64,000 bases of DNA from Tubulanus polymorphus (Eukaryota; Animalia; Nemertea), in assembly GCF_964204645.1 (NCBI RefSeq), contig NC_134031.1:19971910-20035909 (forward strand), in the 5' to 3' direction. The notes below the pieces were generated by a model. It had not been told where the DNA came from. It did not search any database and saw nothing but the letters and a program-made list of their open reading frames with translations. Each line of letters begins with the position of its first letter. Within the stretch, counting starts at the first letter, position 1. A program made the position numbers and the translations under genes. This document shows positions 27,901-40,159 of the stretch, piece after piece.

Positions 27901-30900
27901 ATATTTGGTGACGCATTTTTGCGTTAGTAATTGCATAGCTATTTTGTAATTGAATGAACCGTTCGTTCGTCGCAGGACTGAATCAATCAACGGATAGAGA
28001 TTCAAGTGTGTGAATAATTCATCGAAATCTTGATGGATTTTCTATGTGTTGACAATCGATTGGAGTGCAGTAGAGGCTCAGTCCACCCCAGTCTGTCTGC
28101 CAGATCCAGCCTGTCGCTTGCTGGTTGATACCCGTTATCAGACAGTTCCAGCCTGTCAGCTGCTGGTTGAAACCTGTCATCAGCTAGCTCTAGTCTGTCT
28201 TCTGCTAGTTGCAATGTGTCATCAGCTAGTTCCAGCTTGTCATCTGCTGGTTGAAACCTGTCATCAGCTAGCTCCAGCCTGCCATCTGCGAGTTGCAGCC
28301 AGCTCTTGTCTGTCATCTGCTGGTTGAAACCTGTCGTCAGCTAGCTACAGCGTGTCATCTGCTGGTTGAAACCTGTCATCAGCTAGCTCCAGCCTGCCAT
28401 CTGGGAGTTGCAGCCAGCTCTTGTCTGTCATCTGCTGGTTGAAATCTGGCGTCTGTCAGCTTCAGTCCACTGCCTGCTGATCCACAGCTGTCATTTCATT
28501 CAACTAGAAAATTCAGTTTTCAAGTCATCGTTATTCTTTTTCCTCAAAGATTGCTTTTATCGCTTTTCAGTCGTCGCTTCGAATTTTTACAATTCACGAA
28601 AGAAATGCATTTTTCATGTCACTGATGAAAATACGTTGTCGAGTTTTCACTCGAATCCTCGTCAGTGCTTTGAGCGTTTACCGACACCGTCCTGATTGAA
28701 GACCCAGGGGAATTTATTCATCCGAATTACAGCCCATCACTGGCAGGTCAAACTCATTCCTAAACTCTCGCCTGAAACTAAGCATTTGCTAAAATTGTCG
28801 TTGATGGTATTTTGATTCTCTGTCATATTTCTAATATCAGTATTGATCGGATGACTCGGATCATTCTAATATCTTACCCACTACAGAAAGTCAAACGCAC
28901 AACCAGTTATTCGTACTTCAAGCCATCACCCGTTTATAGATGGTGAGCACCTCTAAAAAATACACCAACAAAAACATTATTAGACATTCTACATATATTA
29001 TTTAACATTCACATTATTTGAATTTTCAGACTGTCTGGCATGTCTGGGAAGAACTATGAATTGCCCATACTTTTCCACCACTTCGAAGTTATGGACTTGA
29101 ATATCTGGAAACTGCAATTATGATTTTCATATGTTTTACAGGATCTGGATAAGAGGCAAAGGAACCAACAGGAGGCTATTTGGGAATTATTGAAAAGTGA
29201 ACTAATCTATATCAGAGGAATTAAAGTCATATTGGATGTGAGTATGAAGAGAAAGCTACCATCATTTGTATAAAGAGTTAGCGTTAAAAATCCCTTTCAT
29301 AATAATCCCCCAAGTTTTGAACTGCACTGTCCAAATATATTACACTAAAATAAGATATATTTCAAATAAAAAGTTGATTATTTCTAATAATTCATCGCAC
29401 AGTGAAATATACCACAAGTTAAAAAGGGTTTATAGATATTGCAAGAAAATAGTTGATTAATCCTAACAATTTATCTAATTCTAACTCTTCACGAAAAATT
29501 TCATTGCACAGTTCAAATATATTGTAGTTTTATTGCAAAATGATAGAATTGCTGAAATATCCTGCTTTTCAAATGTTTTTGAAAAATCACCGAGTGGGGA
29601 TTTTTACCTACAACTAATCAGCATTTCTGATATCTTGGAAAATTCTGGCAAACTTGAAAACAGCTTCGCCGATCTGTTTGTCACTTTCATGGCACACCTA
29701 AGGTCAAAACATCATCTTCACAAGGTTAAATATAAGACTTGTTGACGATATAAACATACAATATACAAGCCACCTGTATCACATCCACACCTTTACTTTC
29801 AATTCATTGCAACCTTTGATGAGGTATATTCATTCGTATCTTGAACATTTCACCCTTACTTTCTTTCAAAAATGAATCCTTTTCATTATCTCTATCGACG
29901 ATATCGTAAACGATTGAAGTGCCTGGCATTGTTATTGTTTCTTGGCGCTCGCCCGTAACTTTCTCAATGAATCATTATATCTGTCAATGTTTTTAGAATG
30001 TCACGAGCAGCTCTGGGGGGAAACATACAAGGCACCGAGATGATTGTCTTTTTCTTTGTCACGCGTGAATAAGTAGCTATTGCACAGAAAATACGAAGTT
30101 ACCTTGAAAACATCTTAACCCTTTCAGAGCAATACCTGGAAGTGCTGGAGATAATTTGATGATTTTTAAGAATTTTACCATAGTGTGTTGAATAACGGGC
30201 ATAGCTGTAGTGCATCATTAGTTACTAATATTTCACCATGTTTGACAGGAGCTGCCATTTTTCAATAGAGATAAAACTAATTATTGATAATATCGATACA
30301 TAGCAATGCGGTGTTCTGGCAAAGTCTTATCACGGATTTATAAGATGCACTGAAAGGGTTAATCTTTACACTAGGTTCAGTTGCACATTTGAGACTTCGT
30401 ACAGATGGTGGTTGAGCCTTTATTGACCAGAAGTGACTCAAGTACATCTAAAAAATTCTTAGAAGTCTCTCACAAAATGGTGAAAAAATCAAAGCTGGCA
30501 GAGTAACAGCAAATGGCGGCCTTGTGGTGATCTGGTTGAGTAGACTTATCTTCATTGTTTTAATCTAAAATCCATTCCGAAAGAACACAAAGAAGATTGA
30601 CCGAGCAGAAAGTTTAAACTTGTAAAAGGGCCTAATCCTTCGGGTAGACTGTGACAAAATACGATCATGACCTGTTGGCGAACTCTTTAATCTTACCTTC
30701 ATCAAAGTCACATTATCTGTTCTTTGTTAGATGATATCCATATCTTTGATAGCATTTTGAGTAACAGTGATTAGAAGCTCTCAAACCCCATGAAAATTTG
30801 AGTCAAGATTTTTTCGAATTTTGAATGAAAAGTAATTCATGCTCAAATGATTTATTCAGGTACCCGCGCACTTCATATTTATGTGCCAATTTTCTTGAAA

Positions 30901-33900
30901 TAGAACTACCCCGTGGCACGGGCCTAATAACCTAGCCAATCAAAACCTGCAAAACAAATAAGCAACAGGGACAGACTTCGCGTTTCAAAATTTGTTCTTT
31001 ATTCAACACATGTTTGAATATTTTTCAGATTTTCCTATGTTGCCTACTCGACTTGCAAGCGCAGAAAATCTTGACCGAGGTTAGTTATGAATAAATGAAA
31101 TAATCGTTTCATCGAGATGCCTTCGGTCTTACATTTTGAAATTTTGAAATTTTTGTTTTTCTAATCACAGGTCGACACGGAGAAACTGTTCAGTAATATA
31201 ACCGAGATAATCGATGTAAATTATGGATTCTGGGAGGATCACATGGTGCTGTGCGTTCAGCGAGCTCGAGAAACCAACTCACTTTTACGACCTATTCATA
31301 TGAAAAATGGCTTTTTAAGGGTAGGTTTTCGATATTCCGCGATAACTTTATCAGGGTGGACCTGGAAAACTCAAGGCAGACTCTGGGAATTTGACAAATT
31401 TGGCCAAATACCTGGAAAACTGGGATAATGCTATTGACCACACATTCCTTTATCAATACTTGATTCAACGAGAAATTTTTCTGATTCTATAACATGAAAA
31501 ATCAGGGAATTTGTAAATTGGCAGAAAGTGGCCACTCTGTAATAGAATTGTGTGTTGTAACATGGAAAACTCAGTGAATTTGTAGGTGGGTTTAAAATGG
31601 GCTCAGTTTTCAGTCGTTGAATACCGGTAAATGTGGTATAACGGTTTCGAGAATTCGAGCCTCTGATGACACTGAGCACGTCTGTAAGAGCATTAACGTT
31701 TTCATGCTCGCGGCTAGTTTAATTTACAAGAACAAAAAAAAATTTCAATTCATCGACCAGCTGGATATTTCCCGTCATAGTTGAAAGTTTTAGTAGCCTT
31801 AAAAGAAGCTTTCTCCGGCGCGGTTTCCGACAATTTCGACTGTGTCCCTCAACGTAGCCAGCTTACTCATCGATTAATTGATGAGTAGTGACTGGTTTTT
31901 GCAATTTCCTTGATGTACCGCGGTGCGTAATGCTTCGCTGAGCTAAATGAATAGATTGCTTGTCTCTGTGCGACCTGGCTGTTAGTCGATTGTGCGACCA
32001 TTGTGTGACGCTCGACTGACACTTTATCTAATTAAGAAAAACACGTTCGATCATCGTCGATAGTACCCTCATCAGAACCCTCGATAGAACCCTCATCAGA
32101 ACCCTTGTCAGAACCCTCGATAGATCTCTCATCAAAACCCTCGATAGAACCCTCATCAGAACCCTCGATAGAACCCTCATCAGAACCCTCGATAGAACCC
32201 TCATCAGAACCCTCGTTAGAAAATTGGATTTCATGTGATGTCGAACTTGAAAATTTACCACATGGTCATAATCTGACCTCGATGCTCAACCTTGAACTTG
32301 ATCACTATCACATTGCACAAGGATACTCGCCTGTGGGAAATCGGGAAAAATCTAGATTTGATGAATTGGAAATTTGATAATTTAATAATGCCTGAAAACG
32401 CCAGTGAATTCGGAAATTTTATTGACTACACGTTCATATAATCTTTACATGATTCAAAATGAATGAATTTTAATGTTTTGAGCCTAGAGATTTCTCAATT
32501 CACTTGCTGCAGATTCACTCAGGGAAATTTGTGTGACAACACAGAAAAATCATGGAGGATTTGTAAATGGCGGAAACTAGCCACCCTGGGTGGTGACCCT
32601 GACCTTGAATGAAGCGAGTCTTTCACACTCCCTAGAATCTGATCACATGATTGGAATGAAACAAATGTGTTTTGACACATCCGGCACTCCCAGTAGAGAC
32701 AACACCTATTATCTATCAGAGGCAATTTCCAGTCTAGGTTCATCGGGTTCACTATATTCAGGCTTTACAAATCAAACAGGGATTCGGCACTGCCAGCTAG
32801 CGTTCTGTTACGACAAATGCTATTAACCTTTCCATTTGCATTACCAGCTACGTTTGCATTCGGGCCGAAAAATATTCCACGCGCATCAGTAATTGTGTAC
32901 AAATAACGTGTACGGATTCGGGTGGCGATTACACGCTGAAAACAAATAAACCGTAAAGGTATTCTGTTCTCCGTCTGACAGCGAGTAGAAATCCGTTTCC
33001 GTGACAATCATCTAGATAGCCCGTAGTTCGAGGGGTATTTGTAATTTACGCAGGCAGCACGCGATGGTTTTCTATTATTTTAGCTGCTTAGTTCGGTTAA
33101 AGCAACCAGATTTAACTTGTCAATACGCGAGGGCTAAAACTGTATAAGCCGATATTCCTCCCTAAATTAAATAGGTGTTTTTTTTTGGTTCAGTTTTTTG
33201 ACACGAACGCTTGGTATAAATAGATCCAGGGGCCAATCGCTCAGAACCTTTCTTAAGACAGGGCCCAAGTGCATAGTCGTGATTTTAAAGTCTAAAAGTG
33301 GTCTTAAATCATAAGTCAATGATTTATCAATGATATATATATTTTTATGGATTTTAGTGTGAATAAATTATTATCATTAAGGTCGTTCTTTACTTCTAAG
33401 ATTGGATGTAGAACTGGAATGGTCTAAGACCAGTTCAAATGTAAGTTTTGACTTTGCAATTGACCCCTGACATAGTGATGCCTTTTAACAATGGTGTTCA
33501 TCAGATGGGAAACTGATAAAAAACTTTTGAGCAACTGACTGCTGTTCACTTGGATGCTTGGATAGAGGAGAAACACATCACGATCCAAGATACGAGGAAA
33601 TAATAATTGAAATTTTTTTTCTGAATTTTCAGTTTAATGAATTGTTTGAGCCGTACGTGAAATACTGCATCGATCAAGAAGCGTCTGTGATTTATCTGCG
33701 CGAATTGTGTCGCGATAACGAAGTCTTCAAAGCGTTCGTCAGCGTAAGTATAAAATGAGATCCGTCGTCTCAATTTTCTTGCCTCGAAAACGTTTAACGT
33801 CGTGAGACGGTCTTCGGCGCGCCCAAAAAAATCGAATGTATATTCCGTGCGGCAATCAATGGCAAATCCGTGATTGAAGATGATCGTCGCGTTGTCTGTC

Positions 33901-36900
33901 ATGAATTGATAGTCATATTGATTCACATCGTTTGAGATTTTCTCTATTTCCGCACCATTCTGCTGCTGTCTAACTGCTGTCCGTCTGTCTGTCTTAGGGA
34001 TTTATTTATACAACGTCCGCGATAGCATTTCTCTCTTTTCCGGAGGAATCTTTTGAGAATACGACGACACCAGCTGTACAGAACCAGTCGTGTTGAGCAA
34101 TTGACTATTAATGGTCGAGTTTTATCTCACACGGAAATTATTACTTTATTCTGATGCCTCTGAGGAGCATTTGGACGAGAATTGAGAGCATCTAAGATCG
34201 GGATTCCCGATCAAGTCTTGCTCAGTACTGTCATGTTAACTCTTGCAGTGCGTCTACACCGCAGTGCAGTGTATTAATCAGCGATAGAGTTTGCTAGTAC
34301 TCCGTATTGCGGTGTAGTGATGATTTTAGTAAAACTGTACAGAACCAGTCGTGTTGAGCAATTGACTATTAATGGTCGAGTTTTATCTCACACGGAAATT
34401 ATTACTTTATTCTGATGCCTCTGAGGAGCATTTGGACGAGAATTGAGAGCATCTAAGATCGGGATTCCCGATCAAGTCTTGCTCAGTACTGTCATGTTAA
34501 CTCGTGCAGTGCGTCTACACCGCAGTGCAGTGTATTAATCAGCGATAGAGTTTGCTAGTACTCCGTATTGCGGTGTAGTGATGATTTTAGTAAAACGTTT
34601 TTATCTCAATTGAAAGATAGCAGTATCTGCCAAACATAGTGAAATCTTAGTAACAAACGATACACCCTGCACTATTGCTTGTCATTCAACCCACTGGGGT
34701 GAAATGTTTTTAGATTCTAAAGCCTAGCGCACATCGACACTGCGATTGGAGACAACTAGTTGCAAGGCAGTTTTCGGCGCATGAGAGGAACTGGCTGGAT
34801 ACGATCAGTTGCTTGAATGTGTCGATGTGAGCGAGCTTACGATTGGTAAGCGTCGATCTATCTCCAGTTCCACCCAGTTGCCCATGTTCTACTTTTGAGC
34901 AACTGGTTGTACTCAATCGCAGTCATATCCGTCGATGTGCGCGCTCTGGATCTCGACGATCGACACGCGCCATGCAGTTGCTGCAACTGACCGGTTGTAA
35001 CTAGATTTCGATGTGCGCGGGGTAATCGTTCGGTAGCAACTAGTTGTCTCCAATCGCAGTGTCGATGTGCGCTAGGCTTAAGATTTTCTCCAGCACTTTG
35101 CAGTATTAATTACTCAGAGATAAAACGATTGAACGTTAAATATTCATATCGTATTTTTACGCTACAGTGGGCCGAACATCAGAAGCAATGCAAACGTCTG
35201 AAACTACAAGATCTACTAGTGAAGCCTATGCAACGTATTACCAAGTATTCGTTATTACTGAACGCAATATTGAAGAAAACGTTAGACGTCGATGACAGGG
35301 ACGACCTCCAAGACATGGTACGATTAACAGTCTGCTCTTATCACTGCCATATTAGAGATTCAGTTTAGATATTCCTGGGGTTTCAAGTTTATCTGAAGAT
35401 TGCATTATTTATAGGGTTAATTTTGGTTCCTGCTTTGTAGGTAGGCATAGAATGTTTGCTACTTTTTTTCGTGCAAACAATGGTTTCCCATTGAGGTTGC
35501 CTCTTTTTCAAAGATAGAAGTCTTCACTAACACTGAGGGTGGAACCCCACACGAGAAATTGCCTTCATTTACCGATGAACCTCAGCCTGTGAATATTCCT
35601 ACATCGTCCACCCCTGGCACCGCAATTACTGCTCGGATGAAATGCGATAATTGTCTATTGTTTTTCAGATTCAGGTCGTTGATCGTTTTGTCGGCCACAT
35701 CAACTCAACATTACGTACTCAACACGAGAAAGATCGTCTGCAAGCGATTATTGATCGAATCGAATCGTACGATGTCGTCGAAACTCTCAACGAAGAATGC
35801 AATAAAGTATGTCGTCTACGTATAGGTGGCGCTAAAATCTGTCTAGGGTCGATCGTGTAATAGTAGAATAGCCACACTCAAACATGGAGAATAAATGATA
35901 TGATAAAAATCAACTATATACAGAATTAAACGTTTTGAAACTAAGAATTTATTTGATCAAAAATTAAAATGAGACGTGGTTTCGAACTCTTACTAGAGAT
36001 CATCAGGTTTAATTTTTGATTCAATAAATTCTTAGGGCCAGTTTTATAGACTGGTATTATTACCTTTAACCCGTGGGCTAACTCAATTCATTATCAATGG
36101 AGTTAACCCCCGTGTTAAAGGTAATACCAGTCTATAAAACTGGGCCCTGGTTTTAACATATCTGTATATAGAGGGTTTATATCTACGTAATATTCTAATC
36201 AATTCATAGATTTTTTGTCAAACCCTTGAGTACATCAGTACTTTCGAATTCATAGAAATCATTGTCGTTTCTTAATTCCGTTTCATAGTGACACGTCAAC
36301 ACTTCACTTTGATTTGATGTTTTTATTTTTTCATTTTATAGATTTTATCTGAATACAACCATTTAGACCTGCTCGGACCGATGCCGTTTTGTCTGCCGCA
36401 ACAACCTCGTCACCTGATGTGCGAAGGCTCTCTTCGATTCAAAGATGGCATCTCGAAGGTAACAAGAACAAAATAGATACAAACACGGATAAAAGTCGAT
36501 CCATTTAAGAGGGGTGGGAATTTGACGCGTGTCGGATCAGTTTGGCAGATGCTGATTTACCTCCTAGTGTCGTGTGTTTTGCTGGATAATTCTTGTGAAA
36601 GATGACTATTTGATTATGTAGCCTTGTTCCAACAGATTAGGACAGATGAGACATACCCGGTAGATTTTGCCTAAATTCATGTAAATATTGCATATTTAAA
36701 TGAATCGAAATTGCGTAAGCGGTATAATATCTAAACATGTTGTTTGTGTACGTAGCTTCGGGCTGTTGATAATCAATTTTTTTTCGCCGTGTCCTCTTTT
36801 AATCACGTAACGTTGCTTACCGTGTGATGTTTTTAATTAAGTTCTGAACGCCGTGCAGCGTTTTTCTGCCTCCTCGGCGCTCGATCGAGTGACAAAAATC

Positions 36901-39900
36901 AATTAATTGCTTCAAATTAGATCCAGGTAATCAGCCATTATTCGTACTACGTAGGATGACAGTTTAGTGTCGAATTCTGGTCTCGAAATACAGGCAATGT
37001 CGTTTAGTGTCCACTGGAAAAATGTCAAATTGCTAATCAGTGATAGTCAGAGCATTTCTTAACAGTACATCTGCTGCACAGTTTAAAGGGTTTTGAATCA
37101 GAGAAATGTTTCGAAGCTTATAATGGTTAACTTATGAGAGTAAATTAAGCCAAACATTTTGAGTTAGCTTTCTAGTAACCTACGCCAGTTTTATAGTCTG
37201 GTATTATCTTTAGCTCTGAGGCTAGCTCAATTCATTTGAGTTTACGTTAACACCAGTCTATAAAACCAGCTCCTGGTCTTCAAATGTACATTTTTCATGT
37301 TTCAATCACATGAATTTGTATTTCATATTGTATTTTGTAGTCGGTCGATGCTTATTGTTTTCTGTTCACCGACATGTTGTTGATCACAAAACCGAGTAAA
37401 AGGGGTGACAAAATGAAGGTGATTAAACCTCCTGTTCGCGTTGATCGCGCTCTCATACACGAACTCAAAGATGGAGGTAAGCTACTTTATTTCTGAGCTG
37501 TCTTAATAGCGAGCTTTACAAACAATTCCTCAAATCATTTGAACATGTTTCGGTATTTATTTTCAGGTGGATTTTTGGTAATATGTGTCAGTGAATACAA
37601 GGTCGCTATCGCCGCGTACACATTCCAGGGCCAGGGAGATCAGTCGAAAATCTGGCTTGAGAAAATCAAAAAGGCTCAGGTTGGTGACCTGTGAAATAGT
37701 GAAGAATTGACAGTAGACTGCGCTTGCCATACAACCGACTGCCTTAGATTATTGTGGTTTAATTTTGTTGTCTGCCTTATTTAATACATGGAGATTAGCA
37801 GCCTGGTCCTCCACGTGCTCCATCTATCAATTTCATAACTGGCGGCAAGCGCAGTCTATCGTAGATTATATTTCTACTTGAAAATCGCGGTTCAGTTTCT
37901 GGTCTTGATGTTTGTTTGTCGTTAATGAAAGATTTTCAATTGTTTCAGACTCTGTATGCGGAAGCTCGTGAAGCCGCTCAAAACGACGGCGAACTGGAAA
38001 TCATTTACGATCCCGACGACGATACGCTGTCTTACACGACGGCTTCGCTGCTTGGCCCACCGTCGAGTCTTAAACCGAGTATCAGTCACGAGAATCTATC
38101 GCTGCGACGTAACTCCAGTTCGGAGTCCGATTTCGGACAGTTTTATAATATTTCTCGCGCTCGCAGCACGGAGTGTATCTACGGACAGAGACACGCGACG
38201 ACCGGTGGCAGCGGTAGCGATGACGGCGGCGGTAAGGGCGATCGACGTACCGATAGCTTACCCCCGAAATCGCACATATTCAATCAAACGATTTCGGACG
38301 ACGAATTAGAAACGCGAAGTCTCGACGGATACAACATCAATCAGCGAGCGACGAGTCCGAAATCACACCGCGCTCGAATACGCTCGGCTACTTACACGCT
38401 GCACGTCGACAGCGACGGAAACGTTCAAGCCGTTCCTAAACGAGATTCCGAGGAGAGTAACGGTTCCTCGGGCGGCGTACTAGCGCCACCTGAAGTCAGT
38501 ATTACCGGCTGTAGTCCGCCTACCTCTCCGTCGCCAGTCCGTCGCCGCATATTAACTATGCAAAATCGTAAAAGCGCTCACAAACCGATCAAAGTGAACG
38601 TTAATCGTTCGGACTCGATTTCGAGCAGCGGCACGAACTCACCAACCGGTTATAACAATAATAACAACCATCGACAGTCGAGCAGTCAGTCGCCGAATGC
38701 TTCTGATAATCCCGAGCTCGAAAACGTGTTCTTTCCGAGTTCGGAAGAGACAAATCCACGCGGTAATAAACAACAATCGCATCGACGTTTAAGAGATAAA
38801 CGTTATCACACGGCCGATAGCATCGAACACTTGCACAAAATGAAAGACCGCGACAGCGCCATTCACAAACGCCTGTCGTGGAATCTGGGTAACACTACTT
38901 GTAGTAAGGATACGGGACGACAAACTAAATCAGCGGATAATTCGGTGGATAAAGCGATGAGCACGGACTCGCTGAGGAGTTTCGTAAGTTCGAGCGGAGT
39001 TAGTTCATCGGGTAGTTTACACCAGAATCCGGAATATGATGTAACGACGCAAGTGATGACCGGTGATTCGAAACCGGAGATTTACTCGAGTCAGTCGTGT
39101 ATAATGGTTAATCCGGCGGCTGGTAGCGGTAATACGTTGTTGAATTCGCGAGGTCAACCGGTCGTAGAAATCAAATTCAAAGTTTCGAACAGTGACGTTA
39201 ATAATTCAAACGACGGCCGCCATGAACGCGCGAATTCTGAGATCATTCAAACCCAGCAGACGTCGTTGGATCCGTCTGCTTCGATCCACGAGCGAGCTCA
39301 CTCAACCAGTTCGCTTCACACGGGCAGTTTAGACTCCGTTACCGAGAAACATTTACGCCCGTGCAGTGCCGATCTGCATCGCGTGAAACCGGTGATCTCT
39401 GCGGCGGACGACGCCAACCAGTCGTCCGTCAAGTCGAGGTCGTTGTCCGATTTAAATCAAACCGTCGGTAAAAGTAAAATGCAGGACGGTATCGTGTCCA
39501 TCGAAATACCGACTAGTCCGAAACGACAGTATCAAAAACTGACGAAATCGCAGATGATGCGTTTGAAAAAAGAAATACTGCTAGCAGACACAAATTCAGA
39601 AGCTTCGTACGTATATTTATCTCTCTTGAAAAAAATACTCGTTGATTTAACAGGGTTCTAACAGATATTTCCCTTATATTTCAAATTCCATGACTTTTCC
39701 TTGACTTTCAACAAGGGAAGAGGCGAAATTCTCTGATTTTCCCTACATGGAAAAATGATCATGTCCATTTTCTGTATCATCCTTGGAATAATTAGCACTA
39801 ATTGATTGATGGATGTTGGTTGAAATCACCGTCGGTAATTGATGACGGTTTAGGCATCCGGTAACTTTGATGGAAATGAACTTTCATTCTGCTCACAAAT

Positions 39901-40159
39901 GATAGATCAATTTCGAACAGCACTACTTTTCTAACATAGAAATTAGTTTGAACTGTTTCATTTATCGTGAGAGTTGAATCAAAAGAAAATTTTGTTGACT
40001 TGATCCCGAGTCAAGACCTGGGTCCGAAAATGGGCTTTACAGAATCAAAACGAATTAAGGCTGATCTTATGTTGAGTATTTAAATTTTGAACCCATTTCA
40101 GTTCTGATGTCCGATAGGCTCAAAATTATGCTTTTGATTTATTTTGTAGGGAGGTGTGA
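18433..40159 (+). CDS. PLEKHG5: PLEKHG5/Syx-like Dbl-family RhoGEF (DH-PH), multi-exon, 5'-incomplete (~1075 aa recovered)
   Basis: Phase-consistent exons: 18433-18524, 22005-22235 (GC donor), 26441-26617, 29142-29237, 31029-31079, 31171-31320, 33633-33743, 35168-35317, 35669-35806, 36342-36458, 37341-37476, 37567-37679, 37949-39606, 40150-40159 (TGA). The translation contains [90 protein letters not shown] and the C-terminus [26 protein letters not shown]. These match recalled PLEKHG5 motifs (QQEAVWELL, LFLCCLLNLQ, YCFLFTDLLLVTK, ...TASEV). The first two exons are supported only by splice signals and phase. The first starts in phase 1, so at least one upstream exon is missing. Confidence 0.9.
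18616..19323. repeat. 26-bp minisatellite, ~27 copies
   Basis: AAGGTTCTGGGTTTTGTGGTCGCTAC units with recurrent variants; explains the ORFs at 18603-19434. Confidence 0.97.
21819..21917. repeat. (TA)n microsatellite
   Basis: About 100 bp of TA, ~90 nt upstream of exon 22005. Confidence 0.97.
22459..22700. mobile_element. MITE family A, copy with both TIRs
   Basis: AGCCGTGATCACGTA...TACGTGATCGCGGCT inverted termini; family core present in reverse orientation. Confidence 0.8.
25776..26133 (+). mobile_element. Young 358-bp MITE (family B), copy 1
   Basis: Perfect ~43-bp TIR AGCCTAGCGCACATCGACACTGCGATTGGAGACAACTAGTTGC, TTA/TAA flanks (Harbinger-type TWA target), and internal CACATCGA subrepeats. 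Confidence 0.92.
26176..26375 (+). mobile_element. MITE family A copy next to the family B element
   Basis: Termini AGCTGCGTTCACA...TGTGATCGCAGCA plus the family A core. Confidence 0.7.
28092..28470. repeat. Degenerate 21-bp (42-bp dimer) minisatellite
   Basis: Alternating CTGTCATCAGCTAGCTCCAGC / CTGTCATCTGCTGGTTGAAAC units. Confidence 0.9.
29142..35806 (+). CDS. PLEKHG5: DH (RhoGEF) domain exons of the PLEKHG5-like gene
   Basis: Six phase-0 exons with canonical AG/GT sites encoding the Dbl-homology motifs [10 protein letters not shown] and [13 protein letters not shown]. Confidence 0.92.
30119..30358. mobile_element. piggyBac-type MITE
   Basis: TTAA|CCCTTTCAG ... CTGAAAGGG|TTAA: TTAA TSD and CCC-starting TIR. 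Internal part resembles 23560-23650 and 34240-34335. Confidence 0.8.
32058..32215. repeat. 12/24-bp minisatellite
   Basis: ATAGAACCCTCATCAGAACCCTCG repeated about 6.5 times. Confidence 0.92.
33227..33469. mobile_element. Degenerate MITE with CAGGGGCCAATYGC termini
   Basis: CAGGGGCCAATCGC ... GCAATTGACCCCTG imperfect inverted termini. Confidence 0.55.
34074..34596. repeat. Tandem duplication of 261 bp
   Basis: 34074-34334 is repeated at 34335-34595 with one visible substitution. Confidence 0.95.
34721..35078 (-). mobile_element. Young 358-bp MITE (family B), copy 2, inverted relative to copy 1
   Basis: Reverse complement of 25776-26133 with two visible substitutions; TAA on both flanks (TSD). 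Confidence 0.92.
36035..36147. mobile_element. Hairpin MITE (GGGCCAGTTTTATAGACTGG termini); second copy at 37184-37273
   Basis: Near-perfect palindrome with arms CCAGTTTTATAGACTGGTATTA / TAATACCAGTCTATAAAACTGG; a diverged copy lies in the next intron. Confidence 0.8.
36342..37679 (+). CDS. PLEKHG5: PH domain exons of the PLEKHG5-like gene
   Basis: Exons 36342-36458, 37341-37476 and 37567-37679 encode [26 protein letters not shown] and AYTFQ...WLEKIKKAQ (terminal PH helix Trp). Confidence 0.9.
37949..39606 (+). CDS. PLEKHG5: Large Ser-rich, probably disordered C-terminal exon of the RhoGEF
   Basis: Corresponds to ORF 37916-39661. Acceptor TGTTTCAG ends at 37948; donor TC|GTACGT at 39607 joins G GAG GTG TGA at 40150. 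Confidence 0.9.

Noticed and set aside
28002-28316. Heptad-repeat ORF ([14 protein letters not shown])
   Set aside because: Product of a 21-bp minisatellite, antisense within an intron, with no supporting gene structure.
32058-32215. Repeated CTGATGAG on the minus strand as hammerhead cores
   Set aside because: No stem II or GAAA follows; it is a simple 12/24-bp minisatellite.
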